This document shows, piece after piece, positions 8,506 through 17,262 of a DNA stretch of 64,000 bases. The notes beneath the pieces are model-generated. The model had not been told where the DNA came from, did not search any database, and worked only from the letters and a program-made list of their open reading frames with translations. The position numbers and the translations under genes are program-made. How positions within the stretch are numbered: position 1 is the stretch's first letter; every line of letters begins with the position of its first letter. This DNA is from an uncultured Actinomycetes bacterium. GTDB taxonomy: Bacteria; Actinomycetota; UBA4738; HRBIN12. The stretch is taken from positions 2,080,001-2,144,000 of the forward strand of contig OY969934.1 of assembly GCA_963704725.1 (NCBI GenBank), written 5' to 3'.

Positions 8506-9285
8506 CTAGGCGCCGATCAGGCGCAGGTAGGCGTCCGCGATCTGCCGGCCGGCCAGGACCGCCGCGGCGGCCCCGAGCGCCAACGACGGACCGTACGGGA
8601 GGGCGCTCTTCCGGCTCGCCCCCGCGACGAGCGCGACGATCGCCGCCACTCCCCCGACCAGGATCCCCACCCCCGCCGCCACGGCGACGTAGCGGAGCCC
8701 GAGCGCACCCAGGACGGCCCCGGAGACGGCTGCGAGCTTGACGTCCCCCATGCCCAGGCCGCGTGGCGCGATCAGCGCGATGAGGAGCAGTCCCCCGCCG
8801 TAGGCGAGGAACCCGATACCCGCACGTCCGAGGTCCAGCGGAGCCCCGGCCAGCCGCGCCACGATCAGATAGACGGGGGCGATCACGAGCGACGGGTACA
8901 TGAGCCCGTTCGGGATGATCCGGTGCCGGACGTCGATCACCGCGACCGCCACCAGGATCCCCAGGAAGGGCGCCATCAACACGGCCACCCACGGGTCGTC
9001 GAAGACGAGGGCGGCGGCGACGAAGAGCCCGGCGGTCGCGAGCTCGGTCAGGGGGTAGACCACCGAGATCCTGACCCCGCAGCCGCGGCAGCGGCCCCGA
9101 AGCAGCAGCCACGAGACGACGGGGATGTTGTCGACGTTCCGGAGCTGCGCCCCGCACGACGGGCACCGGGAGCGGGGGCGGATCAGGGACTCCTTCGCCG
9201 GCAGCCGGTGGATCGCCACGGTGAGGAAGCTGCCGAACACGAGCCCGAACGGGATCGCGATGATCAGCCGGATCGCGGTGTCCAA
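8506..9285 (-). CDS. pilD: Prepilin peptidase/N-methyltransferase (A24A); start codon uncertain (TTG 9285)
   Basis: GSFL, RSRCPSC, DNIPVVSWLLLRGRCRGC, VID, GMGDVKL. Confidence 0.95.
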   Translation of the reverse strand: MDTAIRLIIAIPFGLVFGSFLTVAIHRLPAKESLIRPRSRCPSCGAQLRNVDNIPVVSWLLLRGRCRGCGVRISVVYPLTELATAGLFVAAALVFDDPWVAVLMAPFLGILVAVAVIDVRHRIIPNGLMYPSLVIAPVYLIVARLAGAPLDLGRAGIGFLAYGGGLLLIALIAPRGLGMGDVKLAAVSGAVLGALGLRYVAVAAGVGILVGGVAAIVALVAGASRKSALPYGPSLALGAAAAVLAGRQIADAYLRLIGA

Positions 9286-9311
9286 GGCGGGCGCCAGTCT
9301 AGGGGTGGCCG

Positions 9312-11576
9312 CTACGGCGCGTCCGCCGGGAACTCGGCGGACTGCTCTCCCCAGGTCACGACCTGCCACGCCGACGCCACCGGGTCGAGGAAGTGCGGAG
9401 GCGAGTCGTACTTCAGCCGCTGGTCGTAGCTGTAGTCCTTGGCGTAGCCCGAAGTGGCCGAGCTTCCCGAGAAGACCCCGACGGGTCCCCGGTACTTCTG
9501 CGCGATCGCGCCGTTGACCGAGAGGAGCGACGCGGCCGCCGAGTAGTCGTCGAAGGGTCGTCCGAGATTGTAGTTCTGGACCCCGAACGAATGCGCCACG
9601 GTGACCAGCGCGGCGCTGATGCTCGGGCCGCGGTTGCTGGTGGCTCCGGTCAGCGTGGCCATCGTCGACGTGCCGGGGACCGATCCGCTGAACAGGGACG
9701 GAACGGTAGCCGTCGTGCCGAGCGCGGGGGTCTTCAAGTTGCAGTGGTCGTTCGACGACGAAGCCGTTCCGTCGCAGGTCGTCACGGTCGCAGGGTCTCC
9801 GGGGACACCCTTCACCGACTCCGCGACGGATGCGGAACAGCCGGAGCAGGAGGGTGCGGACATGTGAGATCCGGTCATCGTCGGGTTCACGTCCGTGGCG
9901 GCCTGCGCTCCGATGAACGTCACGGCGTAGGTCCTGGTGCTCCCGGACCCGCTGCCGGTCACGCTGATGTCCCCGCTCCCGAGGGCGGCGAGGTTGGCCA
10001 GGGCCGTGGCGATGCGCGAGGCGGTGGTGCTGTTGGTGCTGCTGTAGCTGATGTTCGCGGTGGTCTGACAGCTGGCGGAGGCCGTGCAGTAGGTGAGCGT
10101 GAACGTGTCTCCGAACGACGCGCTCGTCAGCGTGATCGTCTGGATCTCGTTGACCGAGGCGACGAAGTCGGCCGGGTCGTTCGGATCGGCGACCGCGTGG
10201 TAGACGTTGATGAAGTTGTTGGCGACCAGCCCGAGCAGGTCGGTGCTCCCCGAGTACGCCGTGCTCCCGAACACGATGATGTTGTTCTCGGCCGCGATCG
10301 TGAGGCGGCCGTGCAGCGTCCCCTGGACGAACGCGTCACCGTTCCGGCACCCGTACCCGGTGGGAGTCGTGTTCGGATCGAGCGGTGTGACGTCGTTCTT
10401 CTGTGGGAATCCGAGCGGGTGGGTCCGGAAGGGCGCTCCGCTGCCTCCGATGGCCGGCCGGCTGAAGGGGCAGCCGCTCGTGGCATTGTCTCCCGCCGTC
10501 GGGACGTTCTGAACGTAGACCACGCCACCTCCGCTGGTCGGCAGCGTGAACCTGGTGGTCGTGTACTTCTGGAACATGACCTCCGCGGCGGGCGCGCCGG
10601 GCCACGTGCAGTAGACCTGCCTGGTGAACGGGCTGATGACGTCCATGGTGCCGTCGCTGTTCATGGAGATGGCGGTCGGGCCCGTGAACAGGCACCCGGT
10701 GCCACCCATCGTCGGGTTCGTCTCGTTCTTGATGCTGGCGTTGCTCGGGGGGATCGTCAGCGGGTCCGCGTACCGGGGGTCTCCGGCCGTCGCGAACACG
10801 GGCGTGCCGGAGCCGATCCAGCGGTTCCCCGACGCCGGCTTGTAGCTGGTGCTGGTGTCGCCGTTGAAGTGGGGGCTCCCGCTGATGCGGATCGCGTCGT
10901 TCGTGTGCAGTGGGCCGTCGACCGTGTCTCCCGAGATGAACGTGATGTCGGTGCAGTAGTCGTTGGCCGAGCTGTCGTTGTCGGAGAAGCCGAGCGCCGC
11001 AGTGTCGTTGCGGCTGCTGACGTCCCGGCCGTCGTAGTACCGGTGGTCGCATCGGTGCAGGGTCGCCCAGTTCGAGTTGTTGCTGTTGAACGGGCTCGGA
11101 TACAGCGCGGTGTCGGTCGTCTCGAGATCGGTGAAGTAGAGGTAGTCGAGGAAGTTGCGCCGTCGCAGGCTCGCGGCGACCGAACGCGTGACGCTCCCTA
11201 CCTTGCCCGTCGCGGTGATCTTGATGGTTCCGGTCGAGGCCAGATCGCTCGTGCTCGTCGAGTAGCGGAAAGAGGCGTCGCTCGACTCGCCCGGGATCGG
11301 CACCCACGTCGTGAACGCCTGGTTCCCGTCGGGCGGGAGGTTGGTGCTCGAGTACTGCCAGTACGAGCCGTCCTGGTTCAGGTGGAACAGGTAGTCATCG
11401 ATCCCCGCCTCTGCGGCCGCGAGCGCCGCGTTCCAGTCCTGATCCCGCGCCGAGAGGTCGCGCGAACCGACCGCGTAGGACATGACTCCGGTGATGAGCG
11501 CGAGGACCAGGATCATCGACAGCATGACGACGACGAGGACGTAGCCACCTTCCTCACGCCGGATCCTGGTCATCAT
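9312..11576 (-). CDS. Large PilX-like minor pilin / putative tip adhesin
   Basis: RREEGG-YVLVVV class III leader without E5, ALAAAEAGI, GPLHTND, GAIAQKYRGPVG, GYAKDYSYDQRL..SPPHF. Confidence 0.8.
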   Translation of the reverse strand: MMTRIRREEGGYVLVVVMLSMILVLALITGVMSYAVGSRDLSARDQDWNAALAAAEAGIDDYLFHLNQDGSYWQYSSTNLPPDGNQAFTTWVPIPGESSDASFRYSTSTSDLASTGTIKITATGKVGSVTRSVAASLRRRNFLDYLYFTDLETTDTALYPSPFNSNNSNWATLHRCDHRYYDGRDVSSRNDTAALGFSDNDSSANDYCTDITFISGDTVDGPLHTNDAIRISGSPHFNGDTSTSYKPASGNRWIGSGTPVFATAGDPRYADPLTIPPSNASIKNETNPTMGGTGCLFTGPTAISMNSDGTMDVISPFTRQVYCTWPGAPAAEVMFQKYTTTRFTLPTSGGGVVYVQNVPTAGDNATSGCPFSRPAIGGSGAPFRTHPLGFPQKNDVTPLDPNTTPTGYGCRNGDAFVQGTLHGRLTIAAENNIIVFGSTAYSGSTDLLGLVANNFINVYHAVADPNDPADFVASVNEIQTITLTSASFGDTFTLTYCTASASCQTTANISYSSTNSTTASRIATALANLAALGSGDISVTGSGSGSTRTYAVTFIGAQAATDVNPTMTGSHMSAPSCSGCSASVAESVKGVPGDPATVTTCDGTASSSNDHCNLKTPALGTTATVPSLFSGSVPGTSTMATLTGATSNRGPSISAALVTVAHSFGVQNYNLGRPFDDYSAAASLLSVNGAIAQKYRGPVGVFSGSSATSGYAKDYSYDQRLKYDSPPHFLDPVASAWQVVTWGEQSAEFPADAP

Positions 11577-11588
11577 GGCTGCCTCACC

Positions 11589-12329
11589 TCACGGGCTCGG
11601 GGACGGTGGCGGGTTGTAGAACACGTTGGGAAGACGCACCCGGTTCTCGATCGTGGTGTCCGCGACGCTCAGGCTCGTGTCCTTGCGCACCGCGAGCCTG
11701 ATGCCGACCTCCTTGACCTTCAGCGCGTCCGTGACGGATAGCCAGGCGCCGTCGGCGAGCGCGAACGGGACGAGGTCGCCGGCGGCGTCCGCGTAGTAGT
11801 AGGTGAAGACCGGCTCGGCGGTGGTGTTCGCGATGTACCGGCCGACGAGCCGCGTCCGGACCGCTCCCCCGATCCACGTGCAGTCGTCTCCCTCCGGGGT
11901 CCCGCCGCTGGGCTCCCTGACGGACTCGATCAGCCGGTAGCCGTCCACGGCGCTCGTGTACTGGAGGTACAGGCGGATGAGCTTGGGACACTGCGTCGAC
12001 AGGTTCAGGTTCGCCAGGAACAGGATCTCCCGGTTCCCGGCCCTGGTCACGCCATCGATCGGGTAGAAGCCGCTCGGCCCGTCGGGGAACGGCGAGGTCG
12101 AGGCGTTCAGCTTCGCCGCCGTCCTCACGTCCTTGGTGATGACCTGCATGAGGATGCGCGCCTCGTTGAGGTTCTCGATGCGCCGGACGCCACCTGTGGA
12201 CGCGCGCTGGAACGAGGCGACCGACTGCATCGTGAAGGCCAGGATCGTGCTGAGCACCAACATCACCACCATCATCTCGACGAGGGTCACGCCCTCGTCT
12301 GCGCGCAGACGGCGGATGAGTCCGGCCAT
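11589..12329 (-). CDS. Minor pilin (PilW-like)
   Basis: RLRADEG-VTLVEMMVVM prepilin cleavage motif. Confidence 0.8.
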   Translation of the reverse strand: MAGLIRRLRADEGVTLVEMMVVMLVLSTILAFTMQSVASFQRASTGGVRRIENLNEARILMQVITKDVRTAAKLNASTSPFPDGPSGFYPIDGVTRAGNREILFLANLNLSTQCPKLIRLYLQYTSAVDGYRLIESVREPSGGTPEGDDCTWIGGAVRTRLVGRYIANTTAEPVFTYYYADAAGDLVPFALADGAWLSVTDALKVKEVGIRLAVRKDTSLSVADTTIENRVRLPNVFYNPPPSPSP

Positions 12330-13621
12330 CACTGGATCACCGCGATGTCGAATGGCCACGTCCCGTCGGCGTCGGCCGGCGGGGTCGTGGTCGAGATCAC
12401 GACCGTGTTCGGGATGCCGTTCACCGAGACGCTCCACGTCCCGTACGGGAGGGCCGCCCCGAGCACGCCGAACTCGTCGGTCGTGCCGAGGGCGAACGAT
12501 TCGCCCGACGGACACGACGCGTCGACGGCGTGCGAGGCCGAGACCGACACGCCGGCCACCGGCGTGAGGTTCCCCAAGCCGTCGTCGTGCTGGACCGTGA
12601 CGAACACCTCATGGAGACCCAGCGTCACGGCCGTGGCGACGCCCGGAAGGACCGCGACCGCAGGCTCGTCGGGGCTGGCGTCCGCACACGTGCCCGCCCT
12701 GATGTCGTAGCCGTCCGCGAACGGGAACAGCCCGCCGACCTGGCGCGAAGGACCGCTGCCGGGGACGAGCCGGATCCCGCTGGGAAGGAGGTGGGTGTTG
12801 CCGATGACGAGCGAGACCGCGGTGGGGGCGGCCGCGCCCGTATCCTGTCCGACCACCGTCACATCGAGGGTGGAGGCGCGGTCGTAGTCGAACGCGAGCG
12901 AGGTGGTGCCACCCACGGCCACCGAAGCAACCTGTGAGGGCATCGATTCCCCCTGGTAGCTGACGTAGCCCCCGGCAGACAGCGTGGCCGTGAAGGGGCC
13001 GGCGGGCAGGAAGGCGAAGAACGCGCAGCCGTCCGCGGTCGTCATCTGCGTGGCGGTGGTCGGGGGCGGAGGCGTCGGGCTCAGCGTGACCTGCGCGCCG
13101 GCCACAGGCAGCCCGTCTCGGTCGATGACGCTCACGGCGATGTGGCCGGAGTCCTCGTCGTAGGTCCCTACGGGGGGAGTCACGATCGTGTGTGCGTCCA
13201 CGGGCTGGACACCCGACATGACCGGCCACGACACGTAGACGTTGACGCTGAGGTACTTGGGCTCCGCGTTCGCCGGCGCATCGCACGGGCTGGAGCTCGC
13301 ATCGCCGACCACCCACTGGGAGTCGCGAACGATCGTGTACTCCACATCGCCGACGGTCCGAGATACCTCGGTCCGGCCCGCCTGCAGGTTCGTGAAGGAC
13401 GTCGCGCGTACGATGTCCATCTCCTCGGCGGCCAGGTTCGCCGCGACACTCCGGTGGCGGTCGGTCCGAAGGATGTTCATCGTGCTGCTCTGCGTGGTGG
13501 CGATGGAGACGATGAGGACGCCGAACAGGAGCATCGCGATGGCGACCTCGATCATGGTGAAGCCGCGCTCGTCGGCGTGCAGACGAGCGCGGAGTCGATC
13601 CAGCACGGCTCGCTCCCTCAT
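12329..13621 (-). CDS. Minor pilin (PilV-like) with C-terminal beta-sandwich domains; alternative GTG start at 13606
   Basis: ADERG-FTMIEVAIAM; VAGAQVTL..TTADGCAFF carboxypeptidase-regulatory-like segments. Confidence 0.8.
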   Translation of the reverse strand: MRERAVLDRLRARLHADERGFTMIEVAIAMLLFGVLIVSIATTQSSTMNILRTDRHRSVAANLAAEEMDIVRATSFTNLQAGRTEVSRTVGDVEYTIVRDSQWVVGDASSSPCDAPANAEPKYLSVNVYVSWPVMSGVQPVDAHTIVTPPVGTYDEDSGHIAVSVIDRDGLPVAGAQVTLSPTPPPPTTATQMTTADGCAFFAFLPAGPFTATLSAGGYVSYQGESMPSQVASVAVGGTTSLAFDYDRASTLDVTVVGQDTGAAAPTAVSLVIGNTHLLPSGIRLVPGSGPSRQVGGLFPFADGYDIRAGTCADASPDEPAVAVLPGVATAVTLGLHEVFVTVQHDDGLGNLTPVAGVSVSASHAVDASCPSGESFALGTTDEFGVLGAALPYGTWSVSVNGIPNTVVISTTTPPADADGTWPFDIAVIQ

Positions 13622-13650
13622 CCGAACCTCATCCCGGTCCTGCGCACACC

Positions 13651-13677
13651 ATCGACCTCACCCTCGAGCCCCTTGAG
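13651..13677 (-). promoter_or_regulatory. sigma28-like promoter CTCAAG-N15-GTCGAT for minor pilin genes
   Basis: Motif in the short intergenic gap, correct orientation. Confidence 0.65.
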
Positions 13678-13678
13678 C

Positions 13679-14141
13679 TCACGACCATCCGCCCGTGCAC
13701 TCCGCCGTCTGGTCCACCGCCGAGAACGCCGCTCCCTGCCCCTTGTCGAACGCGGGGCTGTTCGCCAGCTGGCGGAGGCAGAAGTACCTCCCCGTGCGAG
13801 ACCTGGAGATCAGCAGCAGCGCCGACCCCGTAGCCTCCTGGATGGTGATCTCCTCGACGGCGGGATCCGTGTCGGCGGCCCTCCAGTCGAGCGCGGGCTC
13901 CACGGAGACGGCCGCGGCCAGCGTGAAGGCGTCGTACGACCCCTCCCCCGCCCACGTGGAGAGGGCGGCGGCGAGCGCCGGTGCGCAGGTTCGACTGCGT
14001 CGCCCGGTCCTCCGCCCGCTCCCTCGCGCCGAGGAAGGTGGGCAGGGCGATGGCGATCAGGATGCCGATGATGAGGACGACCACCATCAGCTCGATGAGG
14101 GTGAAGCCCTCTTCCTGGTCTCGTTCGTGTAGACGTCGCAT
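13679..14141 (-). CDS. pilA: Type IV major pilin paralog 2 (one +1 frameshift near 13978)
   Basis: EEG-FTLIELMVVVLIIGILIAIALPTFLGAR; removing one base joins to ...RYFC...ECTGGWS*. Confidence 0.85.
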
Positions 14142-14163
14142 CCTGCTCTCACTCCATGTCGGA

Positions 14164-14190
14164 AGGGGGCGGCCCGACAGGCCGCCCCCT
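14164..14190 (-). terminator. GC-rich hairpin after pilin 1
   Basis: 11-bp perfect stem agggggcggcc/ggccgccccct with 5-nt loop; weak U-tract. Confidence 0.65.
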
Positions 14191-14211
14191 CGACGTTCGG
14201 ATCGGTGCGGC

Positions 14212-14680
14212 CTACCAGCTGCCGGTGCAGGTCGCGAGCGTGGTCGCAGTGCCCGACGTCGCCCTCGTTCTGCCCGCCGCCCGCCGAAGAGACGTTCTTG
14301 GCGATGCAGAAGACGGAGCCGGACGCGCTGATTGCGTTCAGGGCGATGTCGGTGGCCGTGGCCCCGCCGATGTAGACCGTGTCCAACGACTGGCCGACCG
14401 CGGATGCGCCGTCGTCCCACGTCAGCGACGGCTCGATGCTGCCGGCCGCCGACGCCGTGAAGCCGAGGTACGTGTCGCCGTCGGTGAAGAACGTGTCCGC
14501 CGCGGCGATCGCGTTCCGCAGGTTCGACTGTGCGGCCCGGTCCTGTGCCCGAGTCCTGGCGCCCAGGAAGGTCGGCAGAGCGATGGCGATCAGGATGCCG
14601 ATGATCAGAACGACCACCATGAGCTCGATGAGGGTGAAGCCCTCGTCGTCCTTCCTGCGCTCCCAGAAGCGCTGAAGCAT
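14212..14680 (-). CDS. pilA: Type IV major pilin paralog 1 (one +1 frameshift near 14253)
   Basis: Strong RBS AAGGAGGAGG; DDEG-FTLIELMVVVLIIG; removing one G gives C-terminus ...VFC...ATCTGSW*, matching paralog 2. Confidence 0.9.
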
Positions 14681-14709
14681 GGAGTCACCTCCTCCTTCTA
14701 TGTCTCTAG

Positions 14710-14728
14710 GCGCGTCACCGTGACGCGC
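14710..14728. promoter_or_regulatory. Inverted repeat GCGCGTCAC-C-GTGACGCGC in the pilin 5' UTR
   Basis: Perfect 9-bp arms between promoter and RBS. Confidence 0.55.
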
Positions 14729-14742
14729 TTCCTTCCAGGGTT

Positions 14743-14768
14743 TTCGGTCTCCGGCGCCGGGGGCTTGA
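14743..14768 (-). promoter_or_regulatory. sigma28-like promoter TCAAG-N15-ACCGAA for the major pilin
   Basis: Motif about 60 nt upstream of ATG, correct orientation. Confidence 0.65.
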
Positions 14769-14833
14769 CCCCGGTTAAGCGCTTTGGGCAGGAATGGCTC
14801 GAACGGAGTAGTCACCGGGGGCCGGGCGTGGAG

Positions 14834-14876
14834 GGAGACCGGCGGGCGGCCGTGCCGAACGGGCCCACCGGTCTCC
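14834..14876 (-). terminator. Hairpin after pilC
   Basis: ggagaccgg(c)gggc...gccc(a)ccggtctcc inverted repeat just after the stop. Confidence 0.5.
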
Positions 14877-14881
14877 GGGCG

Positions 14882-16093
14882 CTACTTGATCAGGTTGATG
14901 ACGTTGAACATGGGCAGGTACAGGGCCACGACCGCCCCACCCACGCAGCCGCCGATCACGGCGATCATGAGCGGCTCGATCAGGGACGTCAGCGCGTCCA
15001 CCGAGGCCTCGACCTCCGAGTTGTAGAACTCGGCAACCTTGCTCAGCATCGTGTCGACGCCGCCGGTCTCCTCCCCGACCGCCATCATCTGGACGACCAT
15101 CGGTGGGAAGACTTTGTGCTTGGACAGGGGCTTCGCGATCGACTCGCCCTCCCGGATGCTCCCCTTGACGTCGTCGACGGCGCCCGAGAGGACCCGGTTG
15201 TTCACGGTCTCCTTCACGATGTCCAGCGCGCTCAGGATCGGCACGCCAGCGTGCATGAGCATCCCGAACGTCGAGGAGAACCGGGCCAGGGCCACCTTGT
15301 GGAACAGCGGGCCGAACACCGGCGTCTTGATCTTCATCGCGTCGATCCGGGCCCGGCCCGAGTCGGTCTTCTTGTACCGCTTGAGACCGATGACCAGCCC
15401 GACGGAGATGGCGATCATCATGTACCAGTAGGTGCGGAGCCCTCGGGACGCCCCCAGCAGGACCCTGGTCGGCATCGGCAGGGTGCTGTTCAGGCTGGCG
15501 TAGATGCCCTCGAACTGCGGCACGATGAACAGCAGCATCGCGGCCAGGATCAGGAAGACCATGCAGACCACGACCACGGGATAGGTCATGGCGGACTTGA
15601 TCCGGCGCCGGAGCTCGACCTCCTTCTCGATCTGGTCGGCCAGCTCGAGCAGGACCATGTCGAGCACACCACCGGTCTCGCCGGCCCGGACCATCGAGAC
15701 GAACAGGTTGTTGAAGGCCTTGGGGTGCTTGGCGACCGCGTTCGACAGGGACGAGCCCTGCTCCACGTCAAGTCGCACCTGGCCCAGGACCTTGGCCAGC
15801 TCCTTGCTCTCCGTCTGGTCCGCCAGGATCGACAGGGCGCGCAGGATCGGCAGGCCCGAGTTGACCATCGTCGCGAACTGGCGGCAGAAGATGGCGATCT
15901 GCTTCAGCTTCACGTGGCCCGGACGGAGGTTGATCTCCATCCTCAGGCCCTCGACGTGCTTCTTCACGTTGACGGGCGTCATGCCCATCTCGCGAAGCTT
16001 GTTCAGGACCAGCGTCTCGCTGTCGCCGACGAGCTGGCCCGAGACGAGGTTCCCCGTCCGGTCACGGACCTTGTAGTCGTAGGTCTGCGGCAT
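14882..16093 (-). CDS. pilC: Type IV pilus platform protein
   Basis: FCRQFATMVNSGLP, AGETGG, SAMTYP, VGEETG, LIEP, LYLPMF. Confidence 0.96.
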   Translation of the reverse strand: MPQTYDYKVRDRTGNLVSGQLVGDSETLVLNKLREMGMTPVNVKKHVEGLRMEINLRPGHVKLKQIAIFCRQFATMVNSGLPILRALSILADQTESKELAKVLGQVRLDVEQGSSLSNAVAKHPKAFNNLFVSMVRAGETGGVLDMVLLELADQIEKEVELRRRIKSAMTYPVVVVCMVFLILAAMLLFIVPQFEGIYASLNSTLPMPTRVLLGASRGLRTYWYMMIAISVGLVIGLKRYKKTDSGRARIDAMKIKTPVFGPLFHKVALARFSSTFGMLMHAGVPILSALDIVKETVNNRVLSGAVDDVKGSIREGESIAKPLSKHKVFPPMVVQMMAVGEETGGVDTMLSKVAEFYNSEVEASVDALTSLIEPLMIAVIGGCVGGAVVALYLPMFNVINLIK

Positions 16094-16106
16094 CGTCCCC
16101 CTCCGC

Positions 16107-17261
16107 TCAGTAGTCGCCCATGACGATGCCGGCGGCCGCCGCGGCGCCGTAGCCGGCGTCGAAGCTCGCGCCCTGACCGCCGATGAGCCGGTTGAGCTCC
16201 TCGGGGTCGTGGCACCGCTCGTAGGCGAGGTTCTGGGTCACCATGTTGGCCTTCACCAGGTTGGCCAGCGACTGGTCCATGGTCTGCATGCCGAAACGGC
16301 CGCCGGCCTGCATGATCGAGTAGATCTGGTGGGTCTTGCCCTCGCGGATCAGGTTCCGCACGGCCGGCGTGCAGATGAGCACCTCCACCGAGATGCAGCG
16401 CCCGAGCCCGTCCGCGGTCTGCAGCAGCTGCTGGGTCACGACGCCCTGGAGGGTGGTGGCGAGCTGGACGCGGACCTGCTGCTGCTGGTGGGGCGGGAAG
16501 ACGTCGATGATGCGGTCGATCGTCTGCGGCGCGTCCTGCGTGTGGAGCGTGGCGAAGACCAGGTGCCCGGTCTCGGCCGCCGTGATCGCCGTGGAGATCG
16601 TCTCCAGGTCGCGCATCTCGCCGACCAGGATCACGTCGGGGTCCTGGCGCAGGACGTGCTTGAGGGCCTGCGAGAACGAGTGGGTGTCGGCGCCGATCTC
16701 GCGCTGGTTCACGATGCACCGCTGGTGCCGGTGCAGGAACTCGATGGGGTCCTCGACGGTCATGATGTGGGCCCGGCGCTCCTTGTTGACGATGTCGACC
16801 ATCGACGCCAGCGTCGTCGACTTGCCCGAGCCGGTCGGGCCGGTGACCACGACGAACCCACGCGGGTACCTGGCCAGGTCGGCCACGACGCTCGGCAGGC
16901 CGAGCGCCTCGATCGGCTTGATCTCGTACGGGATCAGACGGAAGGCTGCTCCCACGGAGTCGCGCTGCAGGTAGACGTTGACCCGGAACCGCGCCTTGCC
17001 GGGCAGCGAGTACGACATGTCGAGCTCGAGCTCCTGCTCGAACCGCTCCCGCATCTTCTGCGGCAGGATCGCGTAGATCATGCCCTGCAACGCTCTCGGG
17101 GTGAGGATGGGGTACTCGTCCAGGCGGACGAGATCGCCGTGCAGCCGGATCGTCGGCGGCGCCCCCACGGTCAGGTGCAGGTCCGACGCGTTCTTGTCCA
17201 GCACCACCTCCAGCAACTCGGGCACCGGAACCGTCAGCTCCTGCTCCGCCGGGATGCTCAT
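16107..17261 (-). CDS. pilT: Retraction ATPase
   Basis: ASDLHL, GPTGSGKSTT, EDPIE, LRQDPD, AAETGHLVFATLHT, AVRNLIRE. Confidence 0.97.
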   Translation of the reverse strand: MSIPAEQELTVPVPELLEVVLDKNASDLHLTVGAPPTIRLHGDLVRLDEYPILTPRALQGMIYAILPQKMRERFEQELELDMSYSLPGKARFRVNVYLQRDSVGAAFRLIPYEIKPIEALGLPSVVADLARYPRGFVVVTGPTGSGKSTTLASMVDIVNKERRAHIMTVEDPIEFLHRHQRCIVNQREIGADTHSFSQALKHVLRQDPDVILVGEMRDLETISTAITAAETGHLVFATLHTQDAPQTIDRIIDVFPPHQQQQVRVQLATTLQGVVTQQLLQTADGLGRCISVEVLICTPAVRNLIREGKTHQIYSIMQAGGRFGMQTMDQSLANLVKANMVTQNLAYERCHDPEELNRLIGGQGASFDAGYGAAAAAGIVMGDY

Positions 17262-17262
17262 G

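Noticed and set aside
14690-14820. c-di-GMP riboswitch upstream of pilin
   Set aside because: No GEMM-type conserved core recognised; explained by the promoter motif plus a palindrome (an Rfam scan would settle it)
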